The notes under the pieces were generated by a model. The model saw only the letters and a program-made list of their open reading frames with translations, searched no databases and was not told the origin of the DNA. From assembly GCA_030704615.1 (NCBI GenBank), contig CM060731.1:93496001-93560000 (forward strand): a stretch of 64,000 nucleotides of DNA. Reading direction: 5' to 3'. Numbering within the stretch: position 1 is the stretch's first letter; each line of letters begins with the position of its first letter. This document shows positions 24,114 through 36,692 of the stretch, piece after piece. The position numbers were made by a program, and so were the translations under genes. Source of the DNA: Takakia lepidozioides. Lineage: Eukaryota > Plantae > Bryophyta.

Positions 24114-27100
24114 GGCAAGGCTCAATTTTTTGCGGCCTAAACAATCAGCTGAAAGAAAATGTCAAAAGGGGGCAAAGGCAGCAGACTCGTGACTATGAGC
24201 TCAGACACCGTAGTGGTCACTGCTGTGAGGAGCTGCCTGAAGCTCGACATTGGTTATGATGATGAGACCTGGAAAACGCCGTTCCAAGATCAGTCCATGG
24301 GAAGGACCATACTCCTTTCTGGGCTACAATGATCATGAGAATCAACAGCAAGGTTTAGAGGCAGAACGCTGATGCATACTTAAGGATGGAGCTGGTAAAA
24401 CCTGGGTCAGAAGCATGAGGGACCTCAAATTATGTCTGCAGAACTCATCCATGGACTGCAAGGACGCTGTCATTTAAAAAGGGGAGCCACACCACATATG
24501 TAGCACTTATGAAAACTTGGGTAAAGAAGGGTGTCATAATGCAGATGTATGAAATTTTTGGATGAGAAACTGTGTTCGTCAATCGCACGTTTTTTGCACG
24601 GAGGCACAAAGTGAAGAAGCTGCTCGAGTTCGGAATGGAGTGCTTGCAACTGACATGTTTCGTAAATTCGAGTCTGCTCAAATCTGCTCTGGGAGTGCAT
24701 TTTGATGGCGTGTTTTTATGTGAAGGGTGATGAACCTTGAGGAGAATTTGGTTCTATGTAGTTTATGAATGGCGGCTGATATTTGTGAGCTAGATATGGT
24801 GTTTAGATTCACTGACAAGGGTATCATGAAAAATTCGAGCAGCTACGACGGCAGCGGAGGCTGGTATGGGCTATTTAGGCCAGGATAGAGACGGGTAAGG
24901 CAGATTTGAGGTGAAGAGAAAGTAGACAAAGGAGCGGCAGAAGTGGTGGAGTGAGAGAGCATGAGAGAAAGAGGAAGGATATGAGAAGTATTGGCCAAGA
25001 GGAGGAGGAGAAGAAAGCTGATGCCGAGCTGAGATTGAGAGGAAAGATATGTTGCTGACTTGAGGAGCTGTGTGGATCTTTATATAAAACTACTATGGTT
25101 TCCTTTGTTTGACAAATACATATTGCTGTTTTGGTGATCTGAATTCTTCCTCCTAGGCAGGTGTCTCTCATTTGTTTTTCCTGTCTGTCTTCGTAATTCA
25201 GGATGCTGGCCACAAGTCTCTGTTCCAAGAGATGTCACTAGATGAATTTTGCTTTGGGATTAGTATCTCCTTGTCTGTTCGGTAGCTGGATTTTTTATTG
25301 TTAGGTCTGCCATAATCTGCTGGTCTGTCATGAGGGCACCTGCTGAGTCATCGTCACACCTAGGTTTTATTTCGCTTCAGTAATGGGTCTGCTGAGGAAA
25401 TTTATTGGTAGGGCAACGCGAACATCTAACCAGATTTTCCAGTGATGAAACTCAGCCTGACATTGCTCAGCTGCCAACTTGGTGCTAGATCCTGCTTTGA
25501 ATGTATGAAGGGGTAAGGGAATGAGGTAAAATGAGTGAAGGCCGGATAGGGTGACTTGCTATGACAATGTTCAGAACTGGTGAAAGGTTTCCCATGAGAA
25601 CTAGTATTCGACGCTTCTCCATGCTTCACTTATACTTCCTGGTACTCATGCAGATCCAAGGACAAGGCATTTCGGCGTATGGAATCACATGCCCTCGGAG
25701 ATCAGAATGAACCAAAGCAGAGGCTCTATTAGTGCTTTCTCTTCCGCTGCAGCACTAGTAGGCCTGAATTCCGTAACTCTGAGAATACTCAAATGGTCAT
25801 AGTTAACTGTCGTGAGCTTTTGCTCCTTTCTTTCACACCACAGGAGATCTCTACAACATCACCTTGTCACCTGACCTTGTATAATGGAGATGGCAATGCG
25901 ATGACCGGCAGACAGACTGAGAGATTCCACGCCTGTGTGGTGGATTTCACAAATCTGTTCCCACCTTGCTTCTAGCCTCGCTACACGTTTCATAGATCAC
26001 GCAGTCAGGAGGTGCTAATAAGCCCTATGATGACGTCATCGAATGACTCCAGTTGGGGGACTATCTGAGGGACTCCACACTGCACAGTCACATTTGGGGG
26101 AGCAACATCTGCTCCTTCCTCTTTTGGAAGACTATTAAGCAATATGGATTTCAAATGAAGTCGATGAAGACAAAGATTCTTGTTCTTAACATATAAAACG
26201 ATCACCTGCACGAACACTGCTTGCTCTAAGTGGGTCAAGAGAGTGAAAACGTTACACTCTTTTGGATTCCAGCTCGGTACGATGCTGTGTGGCAGCGGAG
26301 AATAGATTGGCGCAGTGCAAGGGCGCCCGATTGATGCAGCCAACTATAAATGACTCTTCAGCTTGGTGAGGTAGCTCAGGAGGGGGGTCACGGACTTGTT
26401 GGTTCCACAAATCGAAACACAATCTCATGCGACCGGTTTAAATGGATTCTGGGCCCTTTTGATCCACCGCCACATCTCATGTCTCATCTTCAGCAAGCAG
26501 TATGTAAAAGAGAATGTACAATTGACGGGACCAATGAGTCAGCGCACACCATCCTCGTCATCTTAGACTTAGCGTCACTTGAGGCTCTCTACTTTTTTCA
26601 CGAGTCTGACACTCTACGGTGACATGAAGGTCAATAAGAATACTTCCCTGGAGAGGATACTCCACTTTCCGTAGACTTCCACTTTCTACTGTGATTGTTT
26701 ATGGGTCGTCAGGCCTGTAGATTGATGACGTCCTCGTCGACATGACTACTTGTTTGAGTGGGTGTAAGCGAGGACCAAATTACCCGCTTACTACTGACTA
26801 GGACCAATTCAGTGACAAAACTCCCTGCAGCTGCTGCTCGGAGATGGTCATACGCACATAGTTCGACTCCATGGAAGCGGTTTTCCTTATCAATGACCTG
26901 CACAGCGGTAGACGTGCAAATCTCCAGTGACACGTGGCTCAGCAACATGTGCAGATTTCCTGTTTGAAAATCTTATGTTAGTTTTTGACTGGCCGCTTTC
27001 TTCTCCCCACAAAGCACTAGATGCAGAACCACTCGTAGAGGCGGTATAATTGCATACGGAGAAGAGGTCATGGGAGGATTGCAGGCTTTTGTTTTGAAGA

Positions 27101-27699
27101 TGTATGACAATCAGTCAAACATCCTCTAGGAAGAAGTATTGTCTTCCTGACGTAAGTCTTGCAATGTGGATCACGGAATGTTTGAGATCTCAAGAGATTC
27201 ACAATATGACCGGGCCTGCCTCGTGCTGGTTTGCTGAGTAGGTTCTAGCTTACTACTCTATTGGCTGTGGGTGTAAACGTGTAAACAGCGAAGATGGCGA
27301 TTTGCAGAAACCACGTCCCTTGCAGAATCAGTGCCATGCTTGCGCACGAGGGGGGACAGAGATAATATCATGTGCAACAACGAACGACCACACTCACCCT
27401 GCGAGTAGGTACAGATGATTCCTTGCATTCCGCTGGATCAATCTGAAGATCCTGTACAGGGTGGCTCCCAATCCATATGGAATTTTGAATCAGCCAAGGC
27501 AGGAGTGAGGTCAACTTTCTTGATCAAGGGTGTCTGTCTCTGCCATTGCACTTGTTTATTCAAACTTTTGACGAGACCTACATAAAGAGATTGTCACAAA
27601 GGGGTCTCTGGAACTTTTCTCTCTGATTTTCTAGCTCTCTGTATGTATGTACATGTAATTGGGACATTCCTGTTTTGGATATACTGGGTCCCTGGGAAT

Positions 27700-29640
27700 C
27701 CAGGGACCACATGTTCCCAGCCACTCCAAGAGGATGCTCTGAAGTGTAGTGTGAAGAAGTTAAGAGGATTCTATTGCTTGTTCAGCAGGTTCCATGCTCA
27801 CCAATAATGCATTATAGAGAATAGGTGCGTTGACTGTGTCCAAGTAATTCTTGCGACCTTTCCATGTTCCAATGTCTGTCAAACAAATACAGTCTTGTAT
27901 TAAAAAATTGGGTGGAATATAGAGTATGTTGAGACTGTGATCTCATCACTACCTCAATCAGTGCAACCTTTGTGTGTTTGGTATGTGCCTCTGAAGAACA
28001 ATGACTGGATTGTGGAACAGGGAACATTGGCAACATCCCCCTTGTGATGATAGGGTCAATTTGTCGAGACGACAATAACCCATTTGAGGATTCGAGCACC
28101 TGCAATACCAGTGGGGTGGCCTACATATCCTTTGGCCAGTGGGTATGTTTTATTCGACATGGATTTGATGCTAGATTCCTTTGCAACTGAAAGATTCTAC
28201 ATATTGGTAGCTCATACTGTTGAGCTTAAGTGCTGTCTAGCAATAGTTGAGTGAACTTTTCGATTAGATTGCTCTCAGTTGGCTGTTGCCTAAGTTGTTA
28301 CTTGCTCCAAACTTCAGTCCACAGGTGAGCGCAAGTGCATGTTTGATGAAGTTGAACATGTTTGGCATCAACCAGTGGATGCCAGTAATGTGGGGTTACA
28401 GGCCCCTCAATAGGAATCATAATGGGAAGCAGGTCGGGGCGGTCATTGTGTACACCTTTGCGTACCACATGTTGGCACCTCCTACACCACCTGGTGAAGT
28501 CACCCCTTCGACTGCGTATGGGGATTCAGTGGCTATAAAAATGGAGATTACCAATGGCTTGTCTGAAACTGTTCCAGAGCTTCCCAATTATGTTGATGTG
28601 GATGACTCTATCTCTGTCCCATTGCTTCTTCCGCAATCCTTGCCTACAGTATCCAAGGTCAGTGAAGAGTCCTAAGTTTCACTGGATGTGTTGGATGGTA
28701 TCTTCATGGGGATTTTGTTCATATGTCTTCTGCATAATTGGGCATGTGAGGGTTCACCTACTCTGCTTGCACCGGAGATCTGTATTCTTGTCCAAAATAA
28801 AAAGGGAGATTCTTTCTGAAGCAAGCATAAGCTATGATGCCAGTTCACCCCGAAGGGCTACTGCCTTCTGTTTGGAAGGTGGACGTATTCTTGTCCATAT
28901 GGATAGTAGACATACCCTGAATTGAAGCTAATGCTTGTGTGTATACACCTGGACATAAAGCACAGGGCAATTGAGCTCTTGCTGTGATGGCCTGCATGAA
29001 TCGATGCACTAGCTAGGATTCAATGATCGTTGAACAATTTAGCTCCCCAAGGTTTTTCCAAGGGGACCTTAGGGTTATACACTTTGGTTTTTTATGACCA
29101 TTGACAGATGCGGGCTGGGGAGGCTGCTGGCATCGGAATAACCTGAGTCTGGCTGGAGTATAAGGTGAGCAGGCCAGATAGGTATGTGCTTGAAACCCGT
29201 ACCCAATAAAAGCATCCTGGTTTGTTTCTGTGATGTGCAATATTGGAAGGGAATCACTTTGAGTAGTCACCCACTGATGTGGTTTGAAGCTTTCTTCTCC
29301 TTCTCTGAGCAGGATTTTCCATTGGTCGGGGATTCCCTCAATTATGGAGGAGATGCCAGCCCTCAGTCTGTTGGTCCCAAGTGCTTGTTGAAGGGTGTCT
29401 GGAGTGCTGGCCCAGAGGAAATACCTGTGCAGGCAATTCCTTTTCCTTCGCAAATTTTTCTGCATGGGCCTTTATGTTAGAGGGTGACGGGTGGCCGATG
29501 TGTTAGAGAAGCAGCTGCCGGAAAATGGGTGGTAAGTACTGCGACCAGACCGCGACACCCCCTATCTCTGGTGGGAAGAACATCTCAATTGGGTTTCCAA
29601 GCAGGTGGGCTTGACTTAATATATTTTCTGTTAATGAGCA
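27700..29640 (-). mobile_element. Heavily decayed LINE-like ORF2 3' region
   Basis: Protein-like minus-strand fragments (29013-29465: ISSIIEGIPDQWKILL) resemble the post-RT region of L1-type elements. Boundaries are approximate. Confidence 0.3.
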
Positions 29641-29647
29641 GCCTTGG

Positions 29648-30830
29648 ATGCTGTGGGGATGGGCTATAAGATTTTCATGCATGTCCATGTGATAAAACCC
29701 TGTACTACGGAGAGGATGCGAAACTCACCAAGTGTCCAAAGTGCAACAAAGACCGATATCGGGATGATGTTCAAGGGAAGAAAGCCCCGCGCAAGGTATA
29801 CCCGCGCCACAATACACTTGTATATTGCATTCTACCTTTTTGCAACCGCTACAAGACGTAAGGTTTTACTTAGAGATATGAATGACACTGATTATGATAT
29901 GGGGCCGACATGGGGATGGTGCCAGAAAATGCACTACTTTCCAATCATCCCGCGACTGCAGGCACACTACCGAAGCCCCTCATTGGCAGAACTGATGAGA
30001 TGGCACGCCTCGCATCGGACCCCCCCAGGAAAGGTGTGCGGGCCACAATATTCACAAGCATGGAGGCATACTGAAGAGATGTGGCATTTTATCTTGGAGG
30101 ACCCACGACATGTCCGCCTCAGCTTCTCCTCGGATGGGGTCAACCCATTCTCTGTCCAGTCATGTAGTCATTCCACTTGGCTGGTGACCATGGTGAATTA
30201 CAACATCCCTCCGTATCTTTCAATAAAAAAATGTCATATCATGTTGGCTGCCATTGTACCGGGTGAGTGTTTCCATTTCATGCTTAGTATTACTTTGGAT
30301 TTTACATTAATCTTCTTCTCTTTGGCGCCGATGGAAGATTGATGAGTGACGTAATCATGTAGTAAGATGTGTCATTCATTATGAAGTATAATTAGCATGG
30401 TGGAGCATTGAAACAATTAATGGTGTGAATGTCTCATAGGGAAAAAACAAGTGAAAAACATGGACACGTACTTGCGACCTCTAGTTGATGAAGTGAAGGA
30501 GTTATGGAGGGGGGTCCCGACATTGGATGCTTCACTTGACCCTATGGCCGGACAATCTTTCAAATGAGAGGCATCTTGCTTTGGACAATGCATGATTATC
30601 CAGGTATATTATGTTCCCCATGAGAAACCCGCGTACATTTACCTGTCAAGGGATATTGAAGAGGATTGGGATTGATTGAAGTAGCAGCGACAGTCTTCTG
30701 CACCGTAGTGGGATAGATGCACATGGAAACTTTTTGTCTTTCCTAATGTGGCGGAATGTCTACAGGACTTACTGTTTGCTCGGGGTTGAGCACTAAAGGG
30801 TACCACGCATGCCTGCATTGTGGCGATAGT
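29648..30830 (+). pseudogene. CACTA (Tnp2/Transposase_21) transposase fragment with introns
   Basis: HACPCDKTLY..CPKC; HYFPIIPRLQ; VRLSFSSDGVNPF; STW...NYNIPP; MDTYLRPLVDEVKELW; LLWTMHDYPG; GYHACLHC. Confidence 0.9.
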
Positions 30831-31268
30831 GGGAGAAAACCAAGACCCAAACTAAGAACCCCAAAGCAGGTTTGGTAACTCTAGCTTGCTTGTCTTGCAC
30901 ATGGTCATATCAGATACATGTGAATCTCTTTGTGACAGAAACAAGATGATGACCTTGATGTTTTTGCTGTTACCTTAGTGTTACCCCTGCTAGGAGTTTC
31001 AGCTTTGAAGTTCTGTCGGTGGGAGGGAGACTCAGAGAGAGCTTTTTTATGACACCATACAGCCTGATTTAGACGAGTAATTTTATAGTACTCAGTGGCT
31101 TCTTGAATGGACATTGCCAATTTCTCTACAGCTTCAATGAGAGAGAAATTGAAGCAAGATGCTCACCCCTAGCAGAGTTGAAGGTGAACTGCAGATATAT
31201 ATATGTGACACAAGACACCATCAAAAATGGTGGGAACATTTCCTGTCTAATAAAAACCCATATTTCTT

Positions 31269-31751
31269 TAGTTTTTTCAGATCTTAGATCCCTGCGGGTC
31301 CCTTTAGATCCATCAATTTATATACAAAATAAAAATTAAAAATTAAGAACTAATTGTTTTTTAATTTTTAATTTAATTTCAATATATTAAGTTTTTATTT
31401 TATTGAAATTTTTAATCTTTAGAAGTTAATACAATTATATTATATATTATATATTGATTTATTGTTGATTTGTTGTTATCTTCTTGAAATTGTTGCATAC
31501 CATTGAAATAATACTGTAATTCATCAATATATTTATTTTATAAAAAATTACTCATATTTTGAGGAAAATTCTTCTTAAATTTTTCATATATGTATATGTA
31601 ATGAATGTAGCTGTTTATTTTAATTTAGATATTTAATTACTAAAGGAATTTTTCAGTCTAGTAATATCCATATTTTTCAACTTTGCAAAACCTCTAGTTT
31701 TTTTCAGATCTTAGATCCCTCAGGTCCCTTTAGATCCATCAATTTATATAC
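31269..31751 (+). repeat. Direct repeat pair of about 56 bp in AT-rich TE-like DNA
   Basis: TAGTTTTTTTCAGATCTTAGATCCCT..GGTCCCTTTAGATCCATCAATTTATATAC occurs at about 31269 and about 31696. Confidence 0.8.
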
Positions 31752-32319
31752 CATTTCACATCTAATGTTATAAAATGAATTTTTTTTAATGTTTCATATA
31801 TTCTTAAGCAGGTCTCTTAAGGAATTTGAAAAACAGCAAGAGTGGCTACAGAGTCTTACAAAAAATGGCCATAAATTCATGAAAAAACAGGGAATTCGAT
31901 TTTATTTTTTGAGGTCGCAATCTGGCGATAAATCGCCAATAAAAGAAACGCTGCTCTTAAGGTCTTTATTATTAATTATAATTTATAATTTTAACTCATG
32001 ATGATCTATATTCATCGACACAAACAAAAATGAAAAAAAATCAAGCAGTATGTCCTTTTCATTATCCATTATCTCCCATGCATTCAAGTGTGATTTTAGA
32101 ACCTTTTCAATAAGACTTAGATGATAATGATACAAGACAATATGTAAAGATATCAAACAATATATTTGATACACTAAATAAAATGAATGTTAATACAAAT
32201 ATCTCATTCGACGAATTTATTGGGTTATTTAATTTCGAAATGGTACTTATATAAATTTTTTAAAGAAGTCGACCAAGAAAATCAACAATATTTTTAAAAA
32301 GAGCATGTAAACCAAGCAG

Positions 32320-32720
32320 GAATATGAATATATAGCTGCAATATTTAATTTGAATACCAGAAAAAACAATTCATATTATTGCAGTCTATAAATCTCCAAC
32401 ACTATAATTTACTATTCTCTGATATTCTCTCCAAAAGCTCAATGATAATATCCCACATACATGCCCAACAATAATAGTAGGGGATTTTAATGTAGATATT
32501 TTACAAAATAATACCGTAACAACAAATCAATTGCAAAAATTCATGTTTTCTTTTCACATGCAACTCCAAATTCCAATTTCCAATTAGTACTACTATTTAT
32601 GGATCTCAACTAGACCATGTTTGGACAAATACACGTCACCAACATTGCATATCTTAACATTACAAAAACATATTGGACGGACCATAATTTTGTATTTATT
32701 GCTTTTAAATTACCTAATTA
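32320..32720 (+). pseudogene. EEP/APE endonuclease relic, Helentron- or LINE-type
   Basis: Translated by hand: IHIIAVYKSPT...PTIIVGDFNVDIL...TTIYGSQLDHVWTN...YWTDH, containing the GDFN, D and DH motifs of EEP nucleases. A hairpin followed by TTT lies at about 33055-33072. Confidence 0.65.
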
Positions 32721-33148
32721 CATTCCTTGCTACCAACATATATTATCATCATCTCACCTCCATAGGGCTCCAACCCTATTTCCCTCCCAGCCTTAGTTTA
32801 GTCTACGATCGACTCGACTTGGCTTTTGTCTCTCCCTCAAACGGTTGTAACTCCTCTTCATTAGAGGCGATAACTCTATATTTTAGGCCAAACGCCTCTG
32901 ATATTCTGTGGTTGTAGATAGGCCTAGGTAAATGGCTCTCAGTTACTGTTCTTAGTCATCCGGCACGGTCTCTGTGCGATCAGCCTCATGGTGGCCTTGT
33001 GGCACTCTAAGGGTTTTAATTTTTTTCCCTTCAATAATTCCAAATAAAGCTTCCAGGGCCATACCCCTGTTTATATATATATATATCATCATAATACTCT
33101 TATAGGTAGTCACCATATAAGGAGGAGCCATTACGCGACGAGCCGCTT

Positions 33149-33475
33149 TGTCAAGTTATTTTACCACTAGTGTGAAACTAGCTAGGAAATAGCTAGCTTT
33201 TACATATTGACATTTGGGATTGGCCCAAGTGTCAATCCAGGGGTCAAGGCAGATTTAGGCCCTGGAGTGGTTATCTTCACAGCAAGCGTGGGAGGCTCAT
33301 CTTTCTCGAGTTGAGCCTCACCGCGCCTAGCTATGGCGCCGTAGTGTGTATTCCCCATGGCGTGGGGTGCACTTGGCTTGACTTGTATTTGAGTGATGAG
33401 GTTATATATGCATGAGTTTATGCTTCAGCTTTGTGAGCTCGCATGAGCTTGTGCTTGTATTCTTCCTCTTTATCA
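33149..33475 (+). repeat. Repeat A1 (327 bp)
   Basis: Matches 44428-44754, with two substitutions seen by eye. Confidence 0.97.
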
Positions 33476-33519
33476 CTCGAGAAAGATCAGCTCGTATCTG
33501 TGAGTGCCAGATACGAGTT
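33475..33519 (+). promoter_or_regulatory. Putative self-priming site plus a conserved hairpin at the PBS position
   Basis: ACTCGAGAAAGAT (33475-33487) is complementary to 33299-33311. Stem 33491-33500/33508-33517. Confidence 0.7.
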
Positions 33520-35004
33520 AGTTGTAGCACTTGTGGTTTTTGCTTGAGAATGAGAGAAACCAAGTTGTTATGCAAGGAGCACCGTGGAGCTCTTAGTTGT
33601 TAGAAGCGGAGGCGAGGTGGGTTACGAGGTGGTAGACCTTGGCATTCGATCTTCAGCTTCAGAGATGAAAGCACCATGCTGCAGGTAATTCCAGAGCACC
33701 TTGATGGTTCCAGATTGTGTACATGCATGCGCAAGCACGATTGGGAAGAGGACCAGTCAAGAGCAGGTTATAGTGGCTTTGGTGGCAAAGCTGAGAACTG
33801 GACTTGGGAATGCGAGCTTTCATTGTGTGAAGGATTGCAAGACCAAGCGAAAGGGCTGATTTTGCTTGGGGCAAATCAGTGCACTTTGTGGAGTATGGTG
33901 AGATTGGGTTTCAATCTCGAGCTTCAGCATTGAGAGGGCTCTTGTCATGGCAAGAGCAGGGCTGGAACAGGAGCTAAGAGGTGCGGCAAGGCCATGGAAT
34001 GTGCACCTAGGGTTTCAGAGCTTGGAAGAAGAGTTCTTGCACCACAAGAGAAGTGTCTTGTGGCTGGAAATGTAAGCCTTAGGGTTTCAGGAGCTTGGCA
34101 AAGGCTATGGAGTGCTTAGTCTTGTCATAGAGAGCATCAAGGAGCCAAGATAGGGGGCTGATATCTCTTGTGTGAAGAGGTTGCATGTGTGGAGCATGTA
34201 TTCAGCTCATTGAAGCTTCCATCTTCAAGCTTGGAGGGCAAGCAAGGAAGAGGGAAGGGCTGACTTCCCTTATGTGAGGGCAATGTATGTGTGGAGCATG
34301 CTATCAGCCTGGTGAAGGCTTGCACTTTTAGGTGTGGGAGTGCAAGAAAGGAAGGAAGGGGCTGGTTTCCCTGTAGGGCATGTAGAGCATGCTTTCAGCC
34401 TGCTGAAGCTTGTATTATCAGGTTTGTGGGTGCAAGAAATGAAGCAAAGGAGCTGATTCTCTTATGGTGAGAGTGGGGCATGTGTGGAGCATGCCTTCAG
34501 CCCATTGAGGCTCTTGTTTTCAAGCCTTAGAGAGCTAGAACGGAAGGTCTAGGGCTGGTTTCCACTTGGAGTGAAAGAAAAGCACTTGTAGGGCCTATGT
34601 GAGTTGGGGTTTCAACTTCAAGCTTGAAGGGAGCGCAACTCTTGAAGCAACAGGTGTAGAGGGCTGGAATAGGCTCTAAGACAGATGCTATGGCCAATGA
34701 GGGGAGTGCTTGAATGAGTGCTCACAAGGGCTGGGAACCAGCAGGGCTTGGTTGTTTGCCATTGAGTTTAGTGGCGTGTTTGGGGAGGCTAAGTGAGAAA
34801 GAAGGCTTGGTTTGTGGCAACCACCTCATGGCTTAGGGCTACTATGGTGGTGTGTGGGAGCCGAAAGAGCAAGATACCTTGCTGATTTCCTCACAGCCAC
34901 CATAGCTCGGTGGAAAAGAAGCCTAGAGTCCAAGAGACAAAACCCTAGCTTGGCGTAGCTAAACCCCTTGGAGAAATGGCTAAACTGCCAGAGCGGCCAT
35001 GTGT

Positions 35005-36410
35005 GGGGCTGTGTCAGGCTGTGGCAAGCTGTGACGGGCTGTGACGGGCTGTGTCAGGCTGTGGCGAGCTGTGAAGGGCTGTGACGGCTGTGGCAAGCTG
35101 TGACTGTGCCCTGTGGGGGGCTGTGACGGGCTGTGTCAGGCTGTGACAGGCTGTGCCCAGTGGCCTTTTGGGGCTGTGCGGGCTGTGCGGGCTGTGACAG
35201 GCTGTGCCTGAGGCTGTGGGGCTGTGACGGGCTGTGACAGGCTGTGCCATGGCCTTTGGGGCTGTGATGGGCTGTGAGGGGCCTGTGACAGGCCGTGCCT
35301 GAGGCCTTTGAGGCTGTGATGGGCTGTGATGGGCTGTGACAGGCTGGGGCTGTGCCTGTGCCCTGTGGGGCTGTGACGGGCTGTGTCAGGCTGTGAGGCT
35401 GTGCCAGTGGCCTTTGGGGCTGTGACGGGCCTGTGCGGGGCTGTGACAGGCTGTGCCCTGAGGCCTGTGGGGCTGTGACGGGCTGTGACAGGGCTGTGCC
35501 CATGGCCTTGGGGCTGTGATGGGCTGTGATGGGCTGTGAGGGGCTGTGACAGGCCGTGCCTGAGGCCTTTGAGGCTGTGATGGGCTGTGAGGGGCTGTGA
35601 CGGGCTGTGAGGGGCTGTGACAGGCCGTGCCCATGGCCTTTGGGGCTGTGACGGGCTGTGAGGGGCTGTGACAGGCCCTGTGCCTGAGGGGGGGCTGTGA
35701 TGGGCTGTGAGGCCGTGCCTGAGGCCTTTGGGGCTGTGATGGGCTGTGAGGGGTTGTGACAGGCCCTGCCTGAGGCCTTTGGGGCTGTGACGGGCTGTGA
35801 GGGGCTGTGACAGGCCGTGCCTGAGGCCTTTGAGGCTGTGACGGGCTGTGAGGGGCTGTGACAGGCCGTGCCCATGGCCTTTGGGGCTGTGATGGGCTGT
35901 GAGGGGCTGTGACAGGCCGCGCCTGAGGCCTTTGGGGCTGTGACGGGCTGTGAGGGGCTGTGACAGGCCGTGCCTGAGGCCTTTGGGGCTGTGATGGGCT
36001 GTGACAGGCCGTGCCTGAGGCCTTTGAGGCTGTGACGGGCTGTGAGGGGCTGTGACAGTCCGTGCCTGAGGCCTTTGAGGCTGTGACGGGCTGTGACGGG
36101 CTGTGACAGGCCGTGCCTGAGGCCTTTGAGGCTGTGACGGGCTGTGAGGGGCTGTGACAGGCCGTGCCCATGGCCTTTGGGGCTGTGACGGGCTGTGAGG
36201 GGCTGTGACAGGCCGTGCCCATGGCCTTTGGGGCTGTGACGGGCTGTGACGGGCTGTGACAGGCCGTGCCTGAGGCCTTTGGGGCTGTGACGGGCTGTGA
36301 GGGGCTGTGACAGGCTGTGCCTGAGGCCTTTGGGGCTGTGACGAGCTGTGAGGGGCTGTGACAGGCTGTGCCCAGTGGCCTGTGGGACTGTGACGGCTGT
36401 GACCAGTGAG
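35005..36410 (+). repeat. GGCTGTGA-based minisatellite (10-bp subunits, about 51-bp higher-order unit) in the element leader
   Basis: The unit GGGCTGTGACGGGCTGTGAGGGGCTGTGACAGGCCGTGCCTGAGGCCTTTG repeats over about 1.4 kb. Confidence 0.97.
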
Positions 36411-36692
36411 CTGTGTGGGCCTGTGCTGGTCTGTGGTGGCCCGTGTTGACCTGTGGATGGCCTGTGCTGACTCGTGGAGGCACTGGTGGACTAAGGACTG
36501 GCATGTGGTCTGGAAGGCCGAATTTTGAAGCTCGTGGAGGGCGGTTTGAGGAGTATCTTCATGATATTCCCATGGTCATGCAAGTTCAGGTGTAGGCTAT
36601 GTTAGGAACTTAGTATTCCAAACCATAAGCCGCAACAGGTTCTCTACCCGGTTACCTTGTGGAGAGGGGGTTAGGGACATGTTCATGACCGG

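Noticed and set aside
24115-27650. Scattered short ORFs
   Set aside because: No coherent domain or splice structure was recognised. Probably old TE debris.
35005-36410. CRISPR-like appearance of the repeat array
   Set aside because: No unique spacers, no cas genes, and a eukaryotic context.
35014-36504. Long minus-strand ORFs with GTACHSPSQPVTAPKAS repeats
   Set aside because: They are explained by the 51-bp minisatellite lacking stops on that strand, and the frames shift repeatedly. Not called as CDS.
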